Of a stretch of DNA of 5,353 nt, positions 1 to 5,353 are shown piece by piece. A program made the position numbers and the translations under genes. This DNA comes from Escherichia coli (GTDB lineage: Bacteria; Pseudomonadota; Gammaproteobacteria; Enterobacterales; Enterobacteriaceae): the NCBI RefSeq assembly GCF_003334315.1, contig NZ_QOWR01000096.1. The stretch is one strand, 5' to 3'. The number at the start of each line of letters is the position of its first letter. Position 1 is the stretch's first letter. The notes under the pieces were generated by a model, which saw nothing but the letters and a program-made list of their open reading frames with translations, searched no databases and was not told the DNA's origin.

Positions 1-75
1 TTATCGTGAGAGTAATTCATCGGCACGTTAAATCATATCAGGCGTAATACCACAACCCTTAAGTTAGCGCTTATG
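1..75. mobile_element. Terminal end of an IS186-like insertion sequence (IS4 family); partial, element continues left of the window, terminus at about position 75
   Basis: Reading the minus strand from position 75 gives CATAAGCGCTAACTTAAGGGTTGTGGTATTACGCC..., which I recognise from memory as the IS186 terminal inverted repeat (IS4-family ACTTAAGG-type end). As I recall, E. coli K-12 carries an IS186 copy immediately next to yfeA. Only one end is visible, so inverted-repeat pairing and target-site duplication cannot be checked here. Confidence 0.5.
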
Positions 76-103
76 GGATAATTCCCCGGTTTTTTTACGC
101 CTG

Positions 104-2293
104 TTAATCAGCTAATGGCTGCGGGCGACCAATCAAATACCCTTGCAGATATTGCACCCCGAGCTTATGCAATAGCGCCTGCTGCTGTTGCGTCTCGACA
201 AACTCCGCGACCACACTCAATGACTTCGCTTTCGCCAGATCGGTAATTGATCTCACAATCATCGCATCCAGCGTGTTCGTGACAATATCTTTCACAAAGA
301 CGCCATCAATTTTGATGATATCAGCCTGCAAACGCTTTAACCGTTCGTAGTTGGCATATCCGGTGCCAAAGTCATCAATCGCAATCCGGAAACCAAACTT
401 ATGCAGCTGCTCGATGTTGTACATGCTGCTTTCTGCGTTAGAAAACGCCTGCTCCTCGGTGATCTCAAGAATGACCGCCTGCGGGGAGATGTGATAACGC
501 TTAAACAGACGAATAATCCGCCCGGCAATATTCTTTTGCAGCAGCGTGAGCGGCATTAAATTGACTGAAAAGCGCGGTCCTTTTTTGTCGCAAGGGTGTG
601 TTGCCAGCCACTTCAACAAGGATTCCAGCACTTGCAAATCAAAACGCGCGCTAAGGTTAAACTGAGCAATAAGGGGCAGAAACTTATCCGGGGTCATAAT
701 GCCGCCGTCATATTTCAGTCGCGCGAGGATCTCATCATAACCTTCACCCTCTTTGTTGCGAATTGGCTGGGCGTAGAGCAGCAAATCACCCTGATCTAAC
801 GCCGTGCGAATGGTATTCAGCAATAGCACCTGTTTAGTGGTCTGCCCGGAAACCATCTCCTCTCTGCTATCCAGCGCCAGCACATGATGATGTGCGCAGG
901 ATTGCTCCGCCAGCCAGCTTAACTGCCCCAACAAGGGTTGCAGGGTTTCCTGATTTCCATCAAAACGCCCCCAGGCAGCACCATAGCCCATATCCAGCCC
1001 GGTATTGTTCCAGTGAATTTGCCGACTATTCAGGATGTTAACCATATGCTGGAGTCGCCCTTCCGTTTCCGGCCCGCTCAGCACTAACAGCAGTTCACTA
1101 CCCGGCAATTGATACAACTTTTCGTTTTCCTGCATCAACGGCAGCAGCGTACGGCAAATTGAGCGGATACAGTGAACGCGCATCATTAAGCCGTAATGAC
1201 GACTCATAAACTCAAGATTATCAATGCGCAGGCAGCAAAAACTCTTGCCCGCCTCTTGCTCCGGCGCTTGTTCCAACGCACGAAAGTTGGGTAGGAGCGT
1301 TAACGGATCTGTCAGCGCCTGCAAATGCCAGCGGCGATTAAGCCATTCACTGCGATGATAAATGCGCACCATATAGAGCAGGCAAACGCTAAAGGAAATC
1401 AGCACCGCAAGAATAAATGCCAGCGAATATTCGGTTTCCACCCCTTGCAAAAAGTTCTGGTTGTAATTCAGAAGGCAAAGCGTTGAAACAGCCCAGGTGA
1501 GATTTAAAAACGGATAGCGAAGCTTACCGACCCCGAGGGTAAAGATGATGAAGAAAACGGGTACCAGGTAACCGGCAATAAAGTCGTTTTCATAAGGTGT
1601 GCACAACAGAAGTAGCAGCACGCTTAACGCTGCCAGCCAGCTTAAGGTAAATGCGCGTTTCTCTTTGCCCAACGACGGAGCGATATCCCTGCGCCACAAT
1701 ATCTGCGCAAAGTGGGGACTTACAATCATGCGAGTGAGATAGTAGAAAAGCATGTTGTAAATCAGCACAGCGGTGAAAAGGCTTAGCAAATCAACGACCG
1801 TGAAAATGGCATCCGCATCGCCGAAAAAGGTGGATATCTTTAGCGGGAAATCAAAGAAGCTCCCCACAAGATACATGCTGCATTTGATGCCGATCGGCGT
1901 CACCAAACCAAGCCAGAACAGACGTTGCCAGACATATCGGCTGGTCAATCCATAACGCCAACGCGTCCCCAGCTGCCAGCGTAATATTGCGCAGGCACAC
2001 AACACGACAAACGTCTGGCTACCGAGCATGACCGCAGTCTGTAAAAAAGAGAGATGAAAGTTCCACAGATTGGTGCAAAACATCCCGCATAAAACGGGAA
2101 CGACACCGCGCCAGCCAAAGATAAACAAGATTGACAGCATTACGCACAGTGGCATCCACGCCAGAAAGATATAACTGGAATGGATAATGGCAAGTGGCGA
2201 AATAAAACGGGATAGCTGAATAAGTACCACGGTGAGCGTAAACGCTAGTGTGAATATCTTGATATTTTTTATCAGGTTATGCTCCACAAACAT
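104..2293 (-). CDS. pdeA: c-di-GMP phosphodiesterase PdeA (YfeA): N-terminal MASE1 membrane sensor domain, degenerate GGDEF domain, C-terminal EAL domain; 729 aa
   Basis: Single long minus-strand ORF ending in TAA at 104-106. The supplied ORF (104..2410) starts at a GTG; I place the start at the in-frame ATG at 2293 (MFVEHNLIKN...), which gives the 729 aa I remember for K-12 YfeA and begins directly with the hydrophobic multi-TM segment. A weak GAGAG Shine-Dalgarno-like element lies about 12 nt upstream. The C-terminal half carries EAL-domain signatures in the translation: YAQPI...EILARL, LEITEEQ, IDDFGTGYANY, KIDGVFV, EFVET. The GGDEF-equivalent position reads QLPGSEL, so the cyclase domain looks degenerate. 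Confidence 0.88.
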   Translation of the reverse strand: MFVEHNLIKNIKIFTLAFTLTVVLIQLSRFISPLAIIHSSYIFLAWMPLCVMLSILFIFGWRGVVPVLCGMFCTNLWNFHLSFLQTAVMLGSQTFVVLCACAILRWQLGTRWRYGLTSRYVWQRLFWLGLVTPIGIKCSMYLVGSFFDFPLKISTFFGDADAIFTVVDLLSLFTAVLIYNMLFYYLTRMIVSPHFAQILWRRDIAPSLGKEKRAFTLSWLAALSVLLLLLCTPYENDFIAGYLVPVFFIIFTLGVGKLRYPFLNLTWAVSTLCLLNYNQNFLQGVETEYSLAFILAVLISFSVCLLYMVRIYHRSEWLNRRWHLQALTDPLTLLPNFRALEQAPEQEAGKSFCCLRIDNLEFMSRHYGLMMRVHCIRSICRTLLPLMQENEKLYQLPGSELLLVLSGPETEGRLQHMVNILNSRQIHWNNTGLDMGYGAAWGRFDGNQETLQPLLGQLSWLAEQSCAHHHVLALDSREEMVSGQTTKQVLLLNTIRTALDQGDLLLYAQPIRNKEGEGYDEILARLKYDGGIMTPDKFLPLIAQFNLSARFDLQVLESLLKWLATHPCDKKGPRFSVNLMPLTLLQKNIAGRIIRLFKRYHISPQAVILEITEEQAFSNAESSMYNIEQLHKFGFRIAIDDFGTGYANYERLKRLQADIIKIDGVFVKDIVTNTLDAMIVRSITDLAKAKSLSVVAEFVETQQQQALLHKLGVQYLQGYLIGRPQPLAD

Positions 2294-2334
2294 GAGTACA
2301 CTACTCTCACTGATCGGGGTTTTCAGGCACACAA

Positions 2335-2363
2335 ATAATAAGTTTATTCGCATCGCGAAGCAA
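2335..2363 (-). promoter_or_regulatory. Candidate sigma70 promoter for pdeA (-35 TTGCTT, 17-nt spacer, -10 TATTAT on the minus strand)
   Basis: Minus strand reads TTGCTT (plus 2358-2363), a 17-nt spacer, then TATTAT (plus 2335-2340), about 45 nt upstream of the ATG at 2293. Motif match only. Confidence 0.2.
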
Positions 2364-2466
2364 ACAGGGGGCCAGCCTGTTGCCGATTTTTCATCCAATG
2401 ATGCTTTCACCAGGCGGCACTAACCCGGACGTAGACTGTATTACAAAAGCGGCAAAAAGCAGAGAC

Positions 2467-2492
2467 AAAAAACCCCCGCTTTGCAGCGAGGG
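2467..2492 (-). terminator. Rho-independent terminator of the tRNA-Ala transcription unit
   Basis: Minus strand reads CCCTCGCT-GCAA-AGCGGGGG followed by TTTTTTG: an 8-bp GC-rich stem (one G-U pair), 4-nt loop and 6-T tract, starting 9 nt after the tRNA 3' CCA. Confidence 0.75.
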
Positions 2493-2501
2493 TTGGAAAT
2501 T

Positions 2502-2577
<76 letters not shown>

Positions 2578-2609
2578 GTCACGTAAAGCTTGTCGAGTTG
2601 ACGGGCGGC

Positions 2610-2638
2610 ATCATATGAATTCCGCCCGAATGTGTCAA
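2610..2638 (-). promoter_or_regulatory. Promoter of the tRNA-Ala gene (-35 TTGACA, 17-nt spacer, -10 TATGAT, GC-rich discriminator)
   Basis: Minus strand reads TTGACA (plus 2633-2638), CATTCGGGCGGAATTCA, TATGAT (plus 2610-2615), then GCCGCCC. This is a consensus -35 with a 5/6 -10 and the GC-rich discriminator typical of stringently controlled stable-RNA promoters. The predicted start is roughly 20-25 nt upstream of the mature tRNA 5' end. Confidence 0.6.
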
Positions 2639-2748
2639 CGGCAAATTGCAACGTGTAGTTTCAATCGCTGAAAAATCAGGCAAATGAACAATTTTGGAAA
2701 ACCGCTCGCATTCAGTAGTTATTCATGTCACGGTTTCCTGTAAAGTGG

Positions 2749-2757
2749 TGTTATAAA
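2749..2757 (+). promoter_or_regulatory. Candidate extended -10 promoter element for yfeC-yfeD (TGtTATAAA)
   Basis: Plus strand has TG (2749-2750), one nt, then TATAAA (2752-2757). No good -35 lies at 16-18 nt, which an extended -10 can tolerate. It sits about 55 nt upstream of the yfeC start. Motif match only. Confidence 0.25.
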
Positions 2758-2812
2758 ATGAACTACTAATAGACCCACATACATTCAGGGAATTGTTATG
2801 TTCAAGGAGAGG

Positions 2813-3157
2813 ATGACACCAGATGAACTTGCCAGACTGACCGGCTATAGCCGCCAGACCATTAATAAATGGGTACGCAAGGAAGGCTGGACAACGTCAC
2901 CAAAACCTGGCGTCCAGGGTGGCAAAGCCCGACTGGTTCACGTCAATGAACAGGTTCGTGAATATATTCGCAATGCTGAACGTCCAGAAGGTCAGGGAGA
3001 AGCGCCTGCCCTTTCTGGTGATGCGCCGCTTGAAGTATTGCTGGTGACACTGGCGAAAGAGATGACGCCAGTTGAACAAAAACAGTTTACATCCTTGCTT
3101 CTGCGGGAAGGGATTATCGGATTGTTACAACGCTTAGGGATTCGCGATAGCAAATAA
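2813..3157 (+). CDS. yfeC: YfeC, small putative DNA-binding protein with an N-terminal excisionase/MerR-like winged HTH (DUF1323-type); 114 aa
   Basis: The supplied ORF is 2798..3157. I favour the internal ATG at 2813 (MTPDELARL...) because a strong Shine-Dalgarno AAGGAGAGG (2803-2811) sits directly upstream and it gives the 114-aa length I recall for K-12 YfeC; ATG 2798 remains possible. HTH signature ELARLTGYSRQTINKWVRKEGW. Stop TAA at 3155-3157. Confidence 0.82.
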   Translation: MTPDELARLTGYSRQTINKWVRKEGWTTSPKPGVQGGKARLVHVNEQVREYIRNAERPEGQGEAPALSGDAPLEVLLVTLAKEMTPVEQKQFTSLLLREGIIGLLQRLGIRDSK

Positions 3158-3158
3158 T

Positions 3159-3551
3159 ATGAAAAGATTACGCAATAAAATGACCACCGAAGAACTGGCT
3201 GAATGCCTCGGTGTGGCTAAACAAACTGTTAACCGTTGGATCAGAGAAAAAGGCTGGAAAACGGAAAAATTTCCCGGCGTGAAAGGCGGTCGTGCCAGAC
3301 TTATTCTGGTCGATACGCAAGTTTGCGAGTTTATTCAGAACACGCCAGCCTTCCATAACACACCAATGTTGATGGAAGCTGAAGAGAGAATTGCTGAATA
3401 CGCTCCTGGAGCACGCGCCCCGGCGTATCGACAAATCATCAACGCGATAGATAATATGACAGACATTGAGCAGGAAAAAGTCGCGCAATTTTTGTCACGT
3501 GAAGGAATTCGCAATTTCCTCGCCCGTCTCGATATTGACGAATCAGCATAA
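3159..3551 (+). CDS. yfeD: YfeD, paralog of YfeC; small putative DNA-binding protein with the same HTH type; 130 aa
   Basis: ORF starts at ATG 3159, 1 nt after the yfeC stop (TAAtATG), with no convincing independent Shine-Dalgarno, which suggests translational coupling. The N-terminus EELAECLGVAKQTVNRWIREKGW and C-terminus align with YfeC at about half of positions by eye. Stop TAA at 3549-3551. Confidence 0.85.
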   Translation: MKRLRNKMTTEELAECLGVAKQTVNRWIREKGWKTEKFPGVKGGRARLILVDTQVCEFIQNTPAFHNTPMLMEAEERIAEYAPGARAPAYRQIINAIDNMTDIEQEKVAQFLSREGIRNFLARLDIDESA

Positions 3552-3593
3552 ATAAAAAACGGCAGGATATTATCTCCTGCCGTTTATCTTTTT
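3551..3593. terminator. Bidirectional rho-independent terminator shared by convergent yfeD (+) and gltX (-)
   Basis: Perfect 11-bp stem AAACGGCAGGA (3557-3567) / TCCTGCCGTTT (3575-3585) with a 7-nt loop. It is followed on the plus strand by ATCTTTTT and on the minus strand by TTTTTTATTT. It lies between the yfeD stop (3551) and the gltX stop (3603). Confidence 0.8.
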
Positions 3594-3602
3594 ACACGCT
3601 AA

Positions 3603-5018
3603 TTACTGCTGATTTTCGCGTTCAGCAATAAAATCCAGCGCTTTGTTGATACGCTCGATACTGCGGGTCTTACCAATTGCGTGAACGGTAACATCCAGTG
3701 CTGGAGACTGCCCCGCACCGGTTACGGCGACACGCAGCGGCATACCAACTTTACCCATACCCACTTCCAGCTCATCCGCCGTCGCCTGAATAGCGTGATG
3801 AACGTTTTCAGCGGTCCAGTCAGTAATCGCGGCCAGTTTGTCACGAACCACTTCCAGCGGCTGACGCGCTACCGGACGCAGATGTTTTTTCGCGGCGTCG
3901 GCATCGAACTCAGCAAAATCTTCGTAGAAATAACGGCAGCTCTGTGCCATCTCTTTCAGCGTCTTGCAGCGTTCGCCCAGCAGTTTCACCAGATCAGCCA
4001 GCTGCGGGCCGTTACGGGTATCGATATTTTCCTGCTCAATGTGCCACTGTAAGTGAGTAGCAACATACTCCGGCGGCAGCGCGTTAATGTAGTGATGGTT
4101 CAGCCACAGCAGCTTGTCGGTGTTGAACGCACTGGCAGATTTGCTGACGGCATTCAAAGTGAAGTATTTGATCATCTCTTCACGAGTGAAGATTTCCTGA
4201 TCGCCGTGGGACCAGCCCAGACGCACCAGATAGTTCAGCAGTGCTTCTGGCAAATAACCGTCATCACGATACTGCATTACGCTGACTGCCCCGTGACGTT
4301 TGGACAGTTTTTTACCGTCATCGCCATTGATCATAGAAACGTGCGCGTAAACCGGCACCGGCGCTTTCAGGGCCTTAAGAATGTTGATCTGGCGTGGCGT
4401 GTTGTTGATATGGTCTTCGCCACGGATAACGTGGGTGATTTCCATATCCCAGTCATCGACAACCACACAGAAGTTATAGGTTGGGGAACCATCGGTACGG
4501 CGGATAATAAGATCGTCCAGTTCCTGGTTGCTGAACTCGATCGGACCACGGATCTGATCGTCAAAAACAACAGAACCTTCCTGCGGGTTAGCAAAACGTA
4601 CAACACACGGTTCATCATCAGCATGATGCTCATGGCTGTGGCGGCAGCGACCGTCATAACGCGGCTTCTCACCTTTCGCCATTTGCTCTTCGCGCAGCGC
4701 TTCCAGGCGCTCTTTAGAGCAATAGCATTTATAAGCAGTGCCCTCTTCCAGCATCTGATCGATCACCGCGTTGTAGCGATCAAAACGTTTGGTCTGGTAG
4801 TACGGACCTTCATCCCACTCCAGGCTCAGCCAGTTCATGCCATCCATAATGGCTTCGATAGCTTCCGGCGTGGAACGCTCAAGATCGGTGTCTTCAATAC
4901 GCAGCACGAACTCACCGCCGTGGTTACGTGCAAAAAGCCAGGAGTAAAGAGCAGTACGCGCGCCGCCAACGTGCAGATAGCCTGTTGGGCTTGGCGCGAA
5001 GCGAGTTTTGATTTTCAT
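3603..5018 (-). CDS. gltX: Glutamyl-tRNA synthetase (GluRS), class I aminoacyl-tRNA synthetase; 471 aa
   Basis: Translation begins [27 protein letters not shown] with the class I HIGH motif (HVGG), contains the KMSKS-type motif KLSKR, and has the zinc-binding CYC...CRH segment of E. coli GluRS. ATG at 5018 is preceded by Shine-Dalgarno TAAGG; stop TAA at 3603-3605. The length matches E. coli GltX as I recall it. Confidence 0.97.
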
Positions 5019-5083
5019 GAAATGGCCTTACGTTTAGAAAGATGCCGACAACCGGCAAATCCTGGAAAAATTAAGTGGGCGAT

Positions 5084-5111
5084 ATTCTATCACTCCCGCC
5101 TGATTCCTCAA
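5084..5111 (-). promoter_or_regulatory. Candidate gltX promoter with extended -10 (-35 TTGAGG, 16-nt spacer, TGaTAGAAT)
   Basis: Minus strand reads TTGAGG (plus 5106-5111), a 16-nt spacer, then TGATAGAAT (-10 hexamer at plus 5084-5089), roughly 60 nt upstream of the gltX ATG. gltX is reported to have several promoters; the assignment here is a motif match only. Confidence 0.35.
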
Positions 5112-5136
5112 TGTAGTTCGGGTTTCTACCTTACGC

Positions 5137-5165
5137 ATTATTGTTTTCGTTGACAAATTGCGCAA
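5137..5165 (-). promoter_or_regulatory. Second candidate gltX promoter (-35 TTGCGC, 17-nt spacer, -10 AATAAT)
   Basis: Minus strand reads TTGCGC (plus 5160-5165), a 17-nt spacer, then AATAAT (plus 5137-5142). An overlapping alternative is TTGTCA with 17 nt to TAAGGT. Motif match only. Confidence 0.25.
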
Positions 5166-5231
5166 CACGGTCTGTTTTGCGATCATCTTGCTTAAATTTA
5201 CGACGAACGAACAATTTCTTTAGAAAATGCG

Positions 5232-5259
5232 TTGACTCATTTTGAACTCTCCCTATAAT
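5232..5259 (+). promoter_or_regulatory. valU tRNA operon promoter (-35 TTGACT, 16-nt spacer, -10 TATAAT, GC-rich discriminator, AT-rich upstream region)
   Basis: Plus strand has TTGACT (5232-5237) and consensus TATAAT (5254-5259), followed by the discriminator GCGACTCC. The tRNA begins at 5277, about 10 nt past the predicted start. Upstream 5190-5231 is AT-rich (UP-element-like). Confidence 0.8.
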
Positions 5260-5276
5260 GCGACTCCACACAGCGG

Positions 5277-5352
5277 GGGTGATTAGCTCAGCTGGGAGAG
5301 CACCTCCCTTACAAGGAGGGGGTCGGCGGTTCGATCCCGTCATCACCCACCA
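5277..5352 (+). tRNA. valU: tRNA-Val (anticodon UAC), 76 nt with encoded CCA; first gene of the valU operon
   Basis: Sequence GGGTGATTAGCTCAGCTGGGAGAGCACCTCCCTTACAAGGAGGGGGTCGGCGGTTCGATCCCGTCATCACCCACCA. Acceptor stem GGGUGAU/AUCACCC, anticodon loop CUUACAA (anticodon UAC), GGTTCGATCC T-arm. It ends 1 nt before the window edge. Confidence 0.95.
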
Positions 5353-5353
5353 C

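Noticed and set aside
337-1955. Short ORFs inside pdeA: 337..528 (-), 596..799 (+), 1773..1955 (+)
   Set aside because: Out-of-frame or antisense overlaps within a 729-aa gene with clear domain structure; no independent support.
2294-2410. Using the GTG at 2410 (768 aa) as the pdeA start, as in the supplied ORF
   Set aside because: No Shine-Dalgarno before GTG 2410 or ATG 2353. The ATG at 2293 begins exactly at the hydrophobic MASE1 N-terminus and gives the 729-aa length I recall for YfeA. Kept as an open ambiguity in the findings.
2232-2423. Plus-strand ORF of 63 aa
   Set aside because: Antisense to the pdeA start region, with no ribosome-binding site or promoter support.
2897-3488. Minus-strand ORFs of 60 aa (2897..3079) and 106 aa (3168..3488) antisense to yfeC and yfeD
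   Set aside because: Both are contained within the better-supported plus-strand genes, which have ribosome-binding sites, paralog conservation and HTH motifs, and neither has start signals.
3681-4052. Plus-strand ORF of 123 aa antisense to gltX
   Set aside because: Same reasoning: embedded in the gltX coding region on the opposite strand, no start context, no recognisable protein features.
4367-4672. Minus-strand ORF of 101 aa in an alternative frame inside gltX
   Set aside because: Out-of-frame overlap with gltX on the same strand; Arg/Ser/Thr-rich translation typical of an off-frame artefact.
4053-5153. Plus-strand ORF of 366 aa antisense to gltX
   Set aside because: It lies entirely opposite a recognised, highly conserved class I synthetase gene and runs into the promoter region. 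The translation is low-complexity with no recognisable motifs, and there is no ribosome-binding site or promoter context. Long stop-free antisense frames are a common consequence of codon usage.
5131-5346. Minus-strand ORF of 71 aa
   Set aside because: It overlaps the valU promoter and the tRNA-Val gene on the opposite strand; the sequence is explained by the tRNA and its promoter.

Overview
This window reads as an ordinary, well-known E. coli K-12-type chromosomal segment (the gltX/valU neighbourhood), not an accessory island; I found no novel system in it. Left to right: (1) the terminal ~75 bp of an IS186-like insertion sequence, cut by the window edge; (2) pdeA/yfeA on the minus strand, a MASE1 / degenerate-GGDEF / EAL c-di-GMP phosphodiesterase; (3) a single minus-strand tRNA-Ala(GGC) gene with its own promoter and intrinsic terminator; (4) two tandem, paralogous, apparently translationally coupled small HTH genes, yfeC and yfeD; (5) a bidirectional intrinsic terminator; (6) gltX (glutamyl-tRNA synthetase) on the minus strand; (7) the divergent gltX/valU control region with a near-consensus valU promoter; (8) tRNA-Val(UAC) at the right edge. 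All identifications come from reading the sequence and the supplied translations and from remembered family signatures; no database search was run. The points most worth a second look are the uncharacterised yfeC/yfeD pair, the presence of one tRNA-Ala gene where the K-12 reference has a tandem pair (as I recall), and the IS186 junction 28 bp beyond the pdeA stop. No CRISPR array, defence-system or toxin-antitoxin signature was seen.
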